This document shows positions 18,529 to 28,529 of a stretch of DNA of 64,000 nt, piece by piece. Position numbers and translations under genes: made by a program. The notes beneath the pieces are model-generated. The model saw only the letters and a program-made list of their open reading frames with translations, did not search any database and had not been told where the DNA came from. This DNA is from a virus: IMG/VR virus record IMGVR_UViG_3300028388_004281, positions 4,204-68,203 of that record. One strand, 5' to 3'. The stretch's first letter is position 1. Every line of letters begins with the position of its first letter.

Positions 18529-19062
18529 GTGACCAAGCTGTGGATGAACGACGACAAGTTGGTCATAGACGGTACGGGCAAGATCGTGCTGTGCGGCGAC
18601 TGCCCCTGCACAGGCACGGCCAGCATGGTGGACTGTGCCGAATGCATCAGCGGCGAGGCTCCCTGGCAGGTGAGCGTGGAGATACCGTCGCTGGGAGATA
18701 CGGTCAACTGCTCGGACTGTGCTGACTTCGGTGGCACGTATGTCATATCTGGAGTCAGCAACTGTGAATGGCAGGGAACGTTTGCAAATCCCACAAGCTG
18801 CCCGGCTCCCACGGGTGATGACGAAATCATCGTGTACTTCAACTTGCTCCAAAGCGGGTTCGATTTGATCGTGGGTGTCGTGCTAACGTACAAGAACGGA
18901 ACTCTCATATGCAGGTGGTACCGCACGTTCGTTTCCACGGCATCCATCGACTGCGACTTCGACGATCTGCACGTGTATCCGTTCGACGCCTTGTATTGTG
19001 ACAATTCGGGAACCACGGGCACAGCTTCGGGCTCCATGGATGCCATTGTTAATGCCGTATGA
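18529..19062 (+). CDS. Cys-rich tail-tip protein
   Basis: CGDCPC, CAEC, CSDC motifs. Confidence 0.55.
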   Translation: MTKLWMNDDKLVIDGTGKIVLCGDCPCTGTASMVDCAECISGEAPWQVSVEIPSLGDTVNCSDCADFGGTYVISGVSNCEWQGTFANPTSCPAPTGDDEIIVYFNLLQSGFDLIVGVVLTYKNGTLICRWYRTFVSTASIDCDFDDLHVYPFDALYCDNSGTTGTASGSMDAIVNAV

Positions 19063-20489
19063 CTTGGCGATGCAAACGATGCGGATTGGTCTTGACTGGA
19101 CGGCTCAAATACCCGATCCGTTGTGCTTGCGGACATGTTCAGCATGAACCTGCGAACGGGCAGACTAATGAGCTGCTGGAGAAGTGCGACACGTGTGGCA
19201 ACTACATGGGGGGCAACCGCTGCAGGCTGATCGACGCTGGATGTCGCAGAACTTTCCTGAAGAGGCTGCGAGAGGGAATCTGTCCGATAGGGAGGTGGAA
19301 TCCAACGATGAAGTGGGCGTACGGAATCACCACGGTGCCGGAGCGCATAGAGAACGGGCTGCTGCAGCGCACCATCGATTCGCTGGCCAAGGCTGGGTTC
19401 CCGGACCCGCACGTCTACGTCGACGGCATGCCGCCCGAGGGCTGGTCCACTCCAGGAGGCCATACCTGCCGCACCGGCAAGGTCCGGGCGTTCGGCAACT
19501 GGTGCTGTGCTGTATGGGAGATGTTCTGCCGCGAGCCCAACGCCGACCGCTACGCCGTGTTCCAGGACGACTTCGTATCGTACCGCAACCTGCGGGAGTA
19601 CCTGGAGCGGTGCCATTATCCAGACCGGGGATATCTCAACCTCTACACGTTCAAGCAGAACGAGAAGAACATCTGCGGTTGGTACGAGAGCAACCAGCTG
19701 GGCAAGGGAGCCGTGGCGCTGGTGTTCAGCAGCGAGGCCATCCGTGCCCTGTTCAGTACGCAGTACATGATCGACAGGCCGATGAATGCCACCCGAGGGC
19801 ACAAGGCCATCGACGGCGGCATCGTCAGTGCCTTCAAGAAGATGAAGCCGCCGTGGAAGGAGTACGTGCACAACCCGTCGCTCGTGCAGCACGTCGGGGA
19901 TGTCAGCGCCGTGGGTAACCGCAAGCACCCGCAGGCCCGCACGTTCAGGGGCGAGGACTTCGACGCCGTGCAGCTGCTGGAGGAGCACGGCGAGCTGCCC
20001 GATCCCAGCACGTTCCGCATCGGCATTGCGGGATTCATAGACGACGAGGTGGTGCACGAGCTGATCGTGAACACGGACATCGACTCCTGGATCGCACGGC
20101 CCCGAACCAACGTGATGCGGAGCGAGGTGTTCGACCGGGTGGACACGATACTGTGCCCGCATGGCAACGAGCCGAAGCTGAAGGAGTTCCTGCGCGGGGT
20201 GGACGTGGTGGTGCTGCACGAGCACCCCGTATACCAGAAGCTGCTGGCGATGGCCAAGGACCAGTACAAGCGCACCGTGCTGGTAACGTCGGCCGTGGAG
20301 CCCGAGCCCTGGTTTGCACAGGTAGACCAGTTCGTGTGCACGACGCTGGACAGCTACAATGCACTGGTGAAGCTGTACGACAGGCCGAGGTGTGCGGAGT
20401 TCTCGTGGCCGTCCAAGTGGCACACGGGGGCGGATAAGGAGTTCAGTTTACTGGCTCGCACGGGCGAGCATCGAGTGGCGGTGGTCTAG
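19059..20489 (+). CDS. Cys-rich N-terminal domain fused to GT-A type glycosyltransferase
   Basis: CxxC clusters with CPIGRW, then GITTVPER, FQDD and PSLVQHVG motifs. Confidence 0.7.
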   Translation: MTWRCKRCGLVLTGRLKYPIRCACGHVQHEPANGQTNELLEKCDTCGNYMGGNRCRLIDAGCRRTFLKRLREGICPIGRWNPTMKWAYGITTVPERIENGLLQRTIDSLAKAGFPDPHVYVDGMPPEGWSTPGGHTCRTGKVRAFGNWCCAVWEMFCREPNADRYAVFQDDFVSYRNLREYLERCHYPDRGYLNLYTFKQNEKNICGWYESNQLGKGAVALVFSSEAIRALFSTQYMIDRPMNATRGHKAIDGGIVSAFKKMKPPWKEYVHNPSLVQHVGDVSAVGNRKHPQARTFRGEDFDAVQLLEEHGELPDPSTFRIGIAGFIDDEVVHELIVNTDIDSWIARPRTNVMRSEVFDRVDTILCPHGNEPKLKEFLRGVDVVVLHEHPVYQKLLAMAKDQYKRTVLVTSAVEPEPWFAQVDQFVCTTLDSYNALVKLYDRPRCAEFSWPSKWHTGADKEFSLLARTGEHRVAVV

Positions 20490-20508
20490 CCATGAGAGGA
20501 GCGGAATC

Positions 20509-21774
20509 ATGGTGCAACCTTTCGGGCGCTGCCGGGTCTGCGGCAGCACGGATCTTCAGTTCCTGTTCTCCATCGGGGAACAGTATCTCAACGACTTCGT
20601 GGAGCCGGGCTACGAGTATTCGGGCACGAAGTACCCCATCGAGCTGGAGCTGTGCAACGACTGCACACTGGTGCAGCTCCGCCATACGGCTCCGCAGGAG
20701 CTGCTCTACTCCAGGCACTACTGGTACCGCAGCGGTGTGACGCACACCATGCGCACGCATCTCCGGGACACCGTCGGATCGTGCTTGAATTTGGTCAGCA
20801 CGTGGGAGGGAGACGTCTTCTTGGACATCGGTTCCAACGACGGAACCCTGCTGCGCAACGTGCCCTCCCATCTGCACCGGGTCGGCGTCGAGCCCGCCAT
20901 CAACCTGGCCGAGGAGGGTGCCGAGGGGGTCGACTGCTTCATCAACAACTTCTGGAGTGCCGATGTTTACGGGCGGCACGTCCGCAGGCCCGCGAAGATC
21001 GTGACCGCCCTGGGCATGTTCTACGACCTGGACGATCCCAACAAGTTCATCGGAGACGTCGCCGAGGTGCTGGCCGAGGACGGCATGTTCGTCGCCCAGC
21101 TGATGTGCCTGCGGAACATGCTGGACCAGCGAGACGTGGGCAACCTGACGCACGAGCACCTGGAGTTCTACAGCCTGCGATCGCTGGAGCGTCTGCTGGG
21201 TACCCACGGTCTGGAGATCATGGACATCGAGCATAACCGTGTGAACGGAGGGAGCTATCGCCTGTACTGCAGGCACGCCGGATCGAAGGTGGAGCCGTTC
21301 ATGTACGCCGACCATCGCGTGGGCAACGTGCGGGCCATGGAGCAGGGTTTGGACGAGCCGCGCACGTACAGGCTCTTCCTGCGGGAGCTGGAGCGCACTA
21401 AGGACGTGGTGTACGAGTTCATCGAAGGCGAGTACTGCCGGGGCCGCAGGACGTGGGTCTACGGCGCATCGACCAAGGGCAACGTGCTGCTGCAGTACTA
21501 CAGACTGGACAAGCGACTGGTGCAGGGAGCGGCGGAGCGCAGCCCGGAGAAGTGGGGCAGGGTCACCATCGGCACGGGCATCCCGATCGTCTCGGAGGAG
21601 GAGGCCCGGAAGGCACGGCCCGACTACTTCCTCGTGCTGCCTTATGCGTTCCTGGACGAGTTCGTCGACCGCGAGCGGGAGTGGCTGCACGCCGGTGGCA
21701 GGTTCGTCGTGCCGCTGCCGGAGCCTCGCATAGTAGGATGCCGCAACGGGGTGGTCACGGAGGTGCCGCTGTGA
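20509..21774 (+). CDS. NDP-hexose C3-methyltransferase (TylC3/EryBIII/NovU-like)
   Basis: Zn-binding CRVCG...CNDC.LVQL, YWYRSG, DIGSNDG, HEH, YGASTKGN. Confidence 0.9.
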   Translation: MVQPFGRCRVCGSTDLQFLFSIGEQYLNDFVEPGYEYSGTKYPIELELCNDCTLVQLRHTAPQELLYSRHYWYRSGVTHTMRTHLRDTVGSCLNLVSTWEGDVFLDIGSNDGTLLRNVPSHLHRVGVEPAINLAEEGAEGVDCFINNFWSADVYGRHVRRPAKIVTALGMFYDLDDPNKFIGDVAEVLAEDGMFVAQLMCLRNMLDQRDVGNLTHEHLEFYSLRSLERLLGTHGLEIMDIEHNRVNGGSYRLYCRHAGSKVEPFMYADHRVGNVRAMEQGLDEPRTYRLFLRELERTKDVVYEFIEGEYCRGRRTWVYGASTKGNVLLQYYRLDKRLVQGAAERSPEKWGRVTIGTGIPIVSEEEARKARPDYFLVLPYAFLDEFVDREREWLHAGGRFVVPLPEPRIVGCRNGVVTEVPL

Positions 21775-22712
21775 CGCAACGCATACTGATCACGGGCATA
21801 ACGGGACAGGACGGCAGCTTCCTGGCTCACAGGCTGTCGAAGACGTATGACGTGCACGGTATAGTGCGCCGCAGCAGCTGCGACAACACGTGGCGGCTGG
21901 AGGGAATCAAGGGCCGCATAACGCTGCACCAGGGGGACGTGTCCGACATGTGGTCCGTGGCCCGCGTGGTGAACCAGGTCCGGCCGAATCGTATCTTCAA
22001 CTTGGCGGACCAGGACGACGTGCGGTTTTCGTTCGACACTCCGCAGTACTCGATGGACGTGACTGCGGCGTCCGTCATGCGGCTGCTGGAATGCGTGCGG
22101 TCGGTGGTGCCCCGCTGCATGGTGTTCCAGCCCGTGTCGGCCACCGTGTTCGGCGACGCTCCGCCGGTGCAGACGGAGCAGTCTGAACTCAGACCGATGA
22201 GTCCCTACGCCATAGGCAAGGCGACGGCCTTGTACGCCTGCAGGTACTATCGACGCATACACGACCTGCACATCACCTGCGGCATCCTGTTCAACCACCA
22301 CAGCCCTCGCCGCAAGCGGGGCTACCTGATCGATACGATCTGCAGCAAGGTGTTGAAGGTCGTCCAGGGTGAGGCGCATTCGGTGGAGGTCTACGATCCC
22401 GAGATGCGGGTGGACGTCGGGTACGCCAAGGACTTCATGCAGCTCGCGTGCGACCTGCGGGAGCCGGACGACTTCCTGTTCTGCACGGGCAAGCCCTACA
22501 TGGTGTCGGAGCTGGTGGACCATGCCCTGCAGTGCGCGGGCGTGCAGGCGTGTGTGCGTGCGATCGAGCGGCCCATGGAGGGGCCGAGGCTGGAGCTGAT
22601 AGGTGACAACTCCAAGTTGTTCATGGCGTTGGGCCACACGCGGCACCTGCTGGACGCGAAGGACATGATTTCTATGCAGATGAGGAGCATGCTATGCGGG
22701 TCGGCAGCATAG
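21771..22712 (+). CDS. gmd: GDP-mannose 4,6-dehydratase-like SDR (divergent active site)
   Basis: ITGITGQDGS, P.SPYAIGK, GILFNH; usual TSE motif replaced by SAT. Confidence 0.75.
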   Translation: MTQRILITGITGQDGSFLAHRLSKTYDVHGIVRRSSCDNTWRLEGIKGRITLHQGDVSDMWSVARVVNQVRPNRIFNLADQDDVRFSFDTPQYSMDVTAASVMRLLECVRSVVPRCMVFQPVSATVFGDAPPVQTEQSELRPMSPYAIGKATALYACRYYRRIHDLHITCGILFNHHSPRRKRGYLIDTICSKVLKVVQGEAHSVEVYDPEMRVDVGYAKDFMQLACDLREPDDFLFCTGKPYMVSELVDHALQCAGVQACVRAIERPMEGPRLELIGDNSKLFMALGHTRHLLDAKDMISMQMRSMLCGSAA

Positions 22713-23704
22713 GATACGCCACGGACCAGGGACTGGGTCATTTGTTGAAGTGGTTCTACGACCGTGGCATCGTAGACGACGTGATGGTCTACCGCCACGG
22801 CTCCCGCACCACGCACATGGAGTGGTATCCCGAGGGCACGGTGGAGCTGGTGGGCAGGCCGTTCACCGGGCCGGACGTCGACAGGTTCATCGACACGATA
22901 GACACGGTGCTGTTCTTCGAGACTCCGTTCGACTGGCAGTTCCCTGGCGTGTGCCGCAAGCGGGGCGTGAAGACCGTGATGATGCCCATGCACGAGTGGT
23001 TCCCTCGACGCCCGCCGCACGACTTCGACGTCTACCTTTGCCCCTCGCTGCTGGACCAGGAGTACTTCCTGGGCCACCCGTTCCTGCCGGTGCCCGTTGA
23101 TCCCGGCACGTGGCGTCTGCACACCGAGGCCAAGCGGTTCCTGCACAACGCCGGCAACGTGGGCCACCGCCACCACAAGGGCACGGCCGAGGTGATACAG
23201 GCGCTGCCGCTGCTGGATGAATCTGTGGACTTCACCATCCGCTGCCAGGACACACCACTCTGGAACCGACTGGCCAAGCTGTACCCGCAATGCTTCCAGG
23301 ACGTGCGATGCAACCTAACCGTGGAGACCGGGACCATCCCCTACGAGCAACTGTTCGTTGACCACGACGTGTACGTAGCACCGGAGAAATTGAATGGGCT
23401 TTCACTCCCGCTTCAGGAGGCGTGCGCTGCAGGACTGGCTGTCATGGCAAGCAACCGGTTTCCCGCCAACACGTGGCTGCCAAGCGAGCCGCTCATACCC
23501 GTCGAGACCTACCACAAGGCAGCCATCGGCCCCGGCTACCTTCCGTTCCAGGAGGCTGTCGTTTCACCGCAGGCTGTTGCCGATAAAATCAACGCGTGGA
23601 ACGGACGGGACGTAACGGAGTACTCGCAGTATGGACGAAGGTGGGCGGAGGAGAACTGCTGGGAAGCATTGAAGCCCAGATACCGGGAGGTGCTCGCACC
23701 GTGA
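22694..23704 (+). CDS. Glycosyltransferase, GT4/GT-B
   Basis: KGT..V, GLSLPLQEACAAGL.V motif. Confidence 0.8.
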   Translation: MRVGSIGYATDQGLGHLLKWFYDRGIVDDVMVYRHGSRTTHMEWYPEGTVELVGRPFTGPDVDRFIDTIDTVLFFETPFDWQFPGVCRKRGVKTVMMPMHEWFPRRPPHDFDVYLCPSLLDQEYFLGHPFLPVPVDPGTWRLHTEAKRFLHNAGNVGHRHHKGTAEVIQALPLLDESVDFTIRCQDTPLWNRLAKLYPQCFQDVRCNLTVETGTIPYEQLFVDHDVYVAPEKLNGLSLPLQEACAAGLAVMASNRFPANTWLPSEPLIPVETYHKAAIGPGYLPFQEAVVSPQAVADKINAWNGRDVTEYSQYGRRWAEENCWEALKPRYREVLAP

Positions 23705-24597
23705 AGATCATGCACATCGCCCGCCACGACGGGCAGGACAACGACGACGAGGGTGCCATCTCCCATGCGCTGGAGCAGCTGGGACACGAGGTGCTGCGCG
23801 TGCACGAAGATCCTCGCAAACGGGGTGCGAGTCCGTTGGAGCAAGATCCTGATCTGGTTCTGTTCCACAAATGGAGAGAGTTCTATTTGCTTTCCCAGTT
23901 CGAATGCCCGTGCATCATGTGGTACTGGGACTTGGTGTCGTCGTCCGATCCGAAGTTCAGCAAGCGGGTGGCGGGCCGTGAGGGCAGAATGTACCAGGCG
24001 CTGGAACACTGCGACATGGCGTTCGTTTCGGACGGTGATTTCGTGGCCCGCGACAGGACCGGCAAGTGCCGACACATGTTCCAGGGAGCCGACGAGCGAC
24101 GCATGACACCGCCGAACAACGGCGAGAAGGTTTATCCGCTGCTGTTCACTGGCATGGTGCATGGGCACACGCAGACCCGCATCGACCATCTCAACAGGCT
24201 GCGTGACAAATATAGAGACAAGCTGAAGGTGGTCACGACGCCGCATCGCGTGCACGGAGAGAAGCTGGCTCACCTCCTGTCCAGATCGGCCATAGCGATA
24301 GCTCCGCTGGGGGCCACCAGCGATTACTACTGGAGCAACCGGGTATATCTGACCATAGGGCTGGGCGGGTTCCTGCTGCACCCGTACTGCAAGCAGCTTA
24401 CGGAGCACTATGTCCCGGACAAAGAATTGGTGTACTACCGTGACCATGAGGATTGCGAGTGGGTGATAGACTACTATCTGCGCCATCCGGAGGAGCGCCA
24501 CCAGATAGCCTCGGCCGCGTACGAACGCACGCTGCAAGAGCACACGTACCGGCACCGCTGCCAGGAGCTTTTGGAGACTGTGGAGAACGAGCTGTGA
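23701..24597 (+). CDS. CgeB-like glycosyltransferase
   Basis: YWSNRVY...G.GGFLL, YYL.HPEER..IA..AYE.T...HTY..R. Confidence 0.85.
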   Translation: MKIMHIARHDGQDNDDEGAISHALEQLGHEVLRVHEDPRKRGASPLEQDPDLVLFHKWREFYLLSQFECPCIMWYWDLVSSSDPKFSKRVAGREGRMYQALEHCDMAFVSDGDFVARDRTGKCRHMFQGADERRMTPPNNGEKVYPLLFTGMVHGHTQTRIDHLNRLRDKYRDKLKVVTTPHRVHGEKLAHLLSRSAIAIAPLGATSDYYWSNRVYLTIGLGGFLLHPYCKQLTEHYVPDKELVYYRDHEDCEWVIDYYLRHPEERHQIASAAYERTLQEHTYRHRCQELLETVENEL

Positions 24598-25433
24598 AGA
24601 TTGCTCTTGCTACGCTGTGCTTGAACGAGATGCAGTGGCTGCCCAAGCTGTACGAGCAGCACAAGGACTGGCCCGACCTGGATCGTTGGGTGTTCGTGGA
24701 GGCGGCCGATCGCGTATTCGCGAGAGTCAATCCAGAGCTGGTCAGCGGCCACGGGCTGTCGGTGGACGGCACCACGGAGTTTCTAGACGGACTGGCCGAG
24801 AAGGACGACAGGATCACCGTCGTGCACCACGGCATCAGCAACCACAACGCATCGGATCTCTGCAAGATGCAGGCTCGGCAAAGGTATCTGGACGTGTTGG
24901 AACGAGTGGAGCCGGACTACATTGTGATATTGGATGCCGACGAATTCTACTGCCGCGACGGCCAGCAGGAGATCAACGACATATTCCACGGGCATCGCAC
25001 CAAAACATTCTTCTGCTTCAACTTCGTGCATCCCTGGCGGCCGCCGTCCATCGCAGGCGAGCCGTTGTTCAGGTACCGAGTGCGAGGATGGTTCTGGGAC
25101 ATGGACCACATGAAGGGTATCAAATGGACGAAGGGCCTGCGGTACGTGGACTGCCACCAGCATCCCAGACGACCCGACATGCAGCACGGCATGATACGGA
25201 TGCACCGCCCGGACTGCGTGCACATGGCTTTCGCCTCCGATCCCAGACACAGGATGGCGAAGCATCGATACTACGAGGCCCGCGGCGAGGCCGAAAATCC
25301 TCAGCATCAGAGCTACGTGCAGAGCCGCAGGTGCTACGAGACGTGGGAGCCGGGCATGCGTCTTCCTCATCACGGCAGGGTTGTCCCCTATGACGGGCCC
25401 ATACCAGAGGTGTTTAATGCCAAAGAAATATGA
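24594..25433 (+). CDS. Glycosyltransferase family 2-like
   Basis: S.DGT and ILDADEFY (DxD) motifs. Confidence 0.8.
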   Translation: MKIALATLCLNEMQWLPKLYEQHKDWPDLDRWVFVEAADRVFARVNPELVSGHGLSVDGTTEFLDGLAEKDDRITVVHHGISNHNASDLCKMQARQRYLDVLERVEPDYIVILDADEFYCRDGQQEINDIFHGHRTKTFFCFNFVHPWRPPSIAGEPLFRYRVRGWFWDMDHMKGIKWTKGLRYVDCHQHPRRPDMQHGMIRMHRPDCVHMAFASDPRHRMAKHRYYEARGEAENPQHQSYVQSRRCYETWEPGMRLPHHGRVVPYDGPIPEVFNAKEI

Positions 25434-25953
25434 CAAGCCAATAGAATCTGACGCATTTTGGTTGGATAGGTTGCGTAGGGCCAGAAGATCCGGATACATT
25501 GGCAATGCAATATTTGATGGCGTAGGGCGAAAGAGGTGGGCGGGCATAAATGCATATCGGAAAAGGTTGTTTTCCAAAGTAATAAAACCTGGCAGTACGG
25601 TCATTGATATCGGGTGTGGATATGGTGCATGTTATCCCCTAATGCCAAATGGTGTTCTGTATTACGGGATAGATATATCGCAAAGCCTAATCGCCGAAGC
25701 TATAAGGTTGTTTCCAACCGGCAATTTCAGCGTTTGCGATTGGAGAACACTGGATGTGCCACGTCACAGTTATGATTATTCTATCTTATGGTCAATGAAA
25801 GTTATGATATGCGATAACCTAGGAGACGAAGTATGGGATGATTTGGAGGCAAAAGCTCTTCATTTGTCCAAAATTGTTATCGTAGGGGAATTCGGAAACG
25901 GGCACGGCGAACATAAGATAATCTATAGGGAAAACATCGATGAAGATACATAG
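25417..25953 (+). CDS. Class I SAM methyltransferase (AT-rich insert)
   Basis: VIDIGCGYG, YYGIDIS. Confidence 0.85.
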   Translation: MPKKYDKPIESDAFWLDRLRRARRSGYIGNAIFDGVGRKRWAGINAYRKRLFSKVIKPGSTVIDIGCGYGACYPLMPNGVLYYGIDISQSLIAEAIRLFPTGNFSVCDWRTLDVPRHSYDYSILWSMKVMICDNLGDEVWDDLEAKALHLSKIVIVGEFGNGHGEHKIIYRENIDEDT

Positions 25954-26689
25954 GATGCCCGTCGATTTCTACACCGACATGCTCCGACGCGGCCAGCGGT
26001 TCGTGCTGTTCGGCTACAGCGATGCGGAGTGGTTCTGCGTCTTGGGGCAGGATATAGGACGGCTGACGGGAGCCGGGCAGCCGCTGACCGAGGAGGCGGG
26101 ACGCGATCTGTTCGACGTCGTGCGCCGGAGGTGGGACGACCCCCACGTGATGTTCGCGGTCCCGCTATGCATGTGGACGGACGGTACCTTGTGGCACGAG
26201 TTCGGAGTGAGGGTCGACACGGAGCTGTCCAGGGCGGGCATACGGATGGACTGCTACGAGCGCGACATGATCCTGGACGAGCTGGCGGAGAGGGCCGGAC
26301 TGTATCCGTGGATCAGGCAGCTCAGAGAGATGCGGGTGGCGATGGTGGGCAACCAGCACCTGCGCAGGTTCGACGCGTTTCCGCTGGTGCAGTTCGTCGA
26401 GATTCCGCAGTGCGACCTGCACACGCAGTCCACCTGCGTGCAGCTGGCGGTGCAGGAGCTGATCTCTGGCACGCAGTCCATAGAGGTTTGTCTGGTGTCG
26501 GCCGGCATCGGGTCGGCGTTCGTGATCGACAAGGCCATGGACTACATGCCGAACACCACGTTCATCGACTGCGGCTCGATCTGGGACGCGTTCGTGGGCA
26601 TCGGGGGACAGCGGGAGTGGCGTGCCAAGCTGTATACCGACCCCGCCAAGCTGGAGGAGTGGAAGCGTGTCTGCACGACAGGTGAATGA
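25940..26689 (+). CDS. GT-D fold-like protein
   Basis: YSDAEW, LVSAG, FIDCGSIWD resemble DUF1792/GT-D proteins. Confidence 0.55.
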   Translation: MKIHRMPVDFYTDMLRRGQRFVLFGYSDAEWFCVLGQDIGRLTGAGQPLTEEAGRDLFDVVRRRWDDPHVMFAVPLCMWTDGTLWHEFGVRVDTELSRAGIRMDCYERDMILDELAERAGLYPWIRQLREMRVAMVGNQHLRRFDAFPLVQFVEIPQCDLHTQSTCVQLAVQELISGTQSIEVCLVSAGIGSAFVIDKAMDYMPNTTFIDCGSIWDAFVGIGGQREWRAKLYTDPAKLEEWKRVCTTGE

Positions 26690-27287
26690 AGAGCGGGACC
26701 AGGACCGGGTGCACGATCTGTTCGAGATGTTCGAGCAGCAGAAGCAGATCATGTTCCACCAGCAGCGCTCCATCTATCGCTGGCTCTCGCAGTACGTCGT
26801 CGGCAAGACGGTGGTCGAGGCGGGCTGCGGCACGGGGTTGGGCACGGCCATGCTGGAACGGCGTGCCGCCAAGATCCTGGGCACGGACAAGTTGCAGCGC
26901 AACGTGGACTTCGCTCGCTGCGTGTATCCCTGGATAGACTTCGGCGTGTGGGACCTCAACGACCGCTCGTACCTCCGTGCCGACGTGGCCGTGGCTGTGG
27001 AGTGCGTGGAGCACGTGCGGGACACGCAGGCGGCAATCGAGCATCTGATCGCGGTCGTATCTCCTGCCAACGGAACGTGCTGGATTACCCTGCCCAACGG
27101 CAACACCAAGCCGCGTCCCCCCGAGAATCCCTACCACGTGTTCGAGCCCACCCCGCAGGAGATGATCGGCATGGTGCATGCGGTCAACACGTGCTGGGCG
27201 GTCCGCATCCGCGACTGGGAGAGCTGGATCGTGCAGAGCGAGACGACGACGAAGGACCCGCTGGTCTATGAGGTGTACTGGCGATGA
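26682..27287 (+). CDS. Class I SAM methyltransferase
   Basis: VVEAGCGTGLG, ECVEHV, NPYHV.E. Confidence 0.85.
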   Translation: MNEERDQDRVHDLFEMFEQQKQIMFHQQRSIYRWLSQYVVGKTVVEAGCGTGLGTAMLERRAAKILGTDKLQRNVDFARCVYPWIDFGVWDLNDRSYLRADVAVAVECVEHVRDTQAAIEHLIAVVSPANGTCWITLPNGNTKPRPPENPYHVFEPTPQEMIGMVHAVNTCWAVRIRDWESWIVQSETTTKDPLVYEVYWR

Positions 27288-28150
27288 AGCACTTACTGGT
27301 CTGCAGCAGCGTGAGCATTCCCGGAGCCGGTCGATACATCCCCGAGTGGCGGTATCTGGACCCGTCGGACTACCGCGTCGAGTTCAACGTCACGGAGGGC
27401 AAGCCGGACGCGATCGTGTGCATGAGCATCAGCAGCATGCTGCATGCCGAGTGCGCCGTCAAGCGCTGGCCGTACGTGCCGCTGTACGTGTACCACTGGG
27501 ACTGCTACTCGTGGGTGTGGACGAGGCCGAGGGCGGGCGAGTACGACTACCATCGCTACGGACGACTGCTCCAGCAGGCCCGCGAGGTGTGGGTGCCGAG
27601 CCTGTGCACCGGGCTGCAGGCGAACCAGTGGTGGGGCATCACCAACTGGCACCGCATCCTGTGCTCCGTGCCGTGGGTATGGGATTGCAGCGGCATAAGT
27701 GACGAGGGATACATACTGTGCCCCCTGCGGCGGCTGCCCGACAATTGGGTGGACGAATTCAGCGAGGCTTGCCAAGAGCTGGGGCTGCCTTTCGTGATGA
27801 CGTCGCATTCGCGCAGCTTCCAGGCGTATCAAGATCTGGTCGCTCGTTGTCGCTTCCTGGTATCGCACTATGAGGAAGCAAGCACCGGGGGCCTGACGCT
27901 GCTGGAGGCGTACCGACTGGGCAAGCCGTGCCTGATCAACGGGTCCGATTTAAACGGGGCCAAGGACTACTTCGGCGACCGGGCGGAGTACTTCATCTGC
28001 GGCGACCGCAAGAATTTCCGGCACAAGCTGAAGTACCTGTACCACCATCCGCCCCTGCTGCCTGCGGACCATCGCGAGTGGGTCGAAGCCAACTTCAACG
28101 ACCAGCGCATGCTGGCCGACATACTGGAGCGCATCCATGCGAACGCTTAG
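27284..28150 (+). CDS. Glycosyltransferase, GT4/GT-B
   Basis: E.STGGLTLLEA..LGKP. Confidence 0.75.
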   Translation: MKHLLVCSSVSIPGAGRYIPEWRYLDPSDYRVEFNVTEGKPDAIVCMSISSMLHAECAVKRWPYVPLYVYHWDCYSWVWTRPRAGEYDYHRYGRLLQQAREVWVPSLCTGLQANQWWGITNWHRILCSVPWVWDCSGISDEGYILCPLRRLPDNWVDEFSEACQELGLPFVMTSHSRSFQAYQDLVARCRFLVSHYEEASTGGLTLLEAYRLGKPCLINGSDLNGAKDYFGDRAEYFICGDRKNFRHKLKYLYHHPPLLPADHREWVEANFNDQRMLADILERIHANA

Positions 28151-28520
28151 CCAGCTGCAGGACCGTCTGAAGCATTATGACGACGCCCAGTACATCTACT
28201 GGACCAACGGGTCCCATGTCGTCTGGCACTTCGGCACGGGCGAGAACGTCGAGCTGTTGTTCCTGTATTCCGCCGATTCAGGAGACGGATCCAGATTGTG
28301 TTATGCCATGGCGAGCTGCATGATCGAGCAGGACCGTACGCCGTACCACAGCGTCTACGCGTTTCGCCGTGCGGACAACGACGATGGCAGGCGATTCTAT
28401 GACAGGTTGGGTTTCACGCAGGTCGATCTGGGGCCGTCGGTGTACCGTGTCGGGGGCACGACGCTGATGTGGATCACGTGGGCTGATCTGCTGATCAGGC
28501 TGAATCTAGTTTCTAGTTAG
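28137..28520 (+). CDS. GNAT-fold acetyltransferase
   Basis: G.GSRL and N..GRRFYDRLGF motifs. Confidence 0.7.
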   Translation: MRTLSQLQDRLKHYDDAQYIYWTNGSHVVWHFGTGENVELLFLYSADSGDGSRLCYAMASCMIEQDRTPYHSVYAFRRADNDDGRRFYDRLGFTQVDLGPSVYRVGGTTLMWITWADLLIRLNLVSS

Positions 28521-28529
28521 GAGCGAGAC

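Noticed and set aside
14803-24555. Long - strand ORFs (e.g. 14803-16155, 15693-17213, 18105-20423, 20443-21690)
   Set aside because: Antisense shadows of GC-rich + strand genes with clear motifs; no recognisable domains
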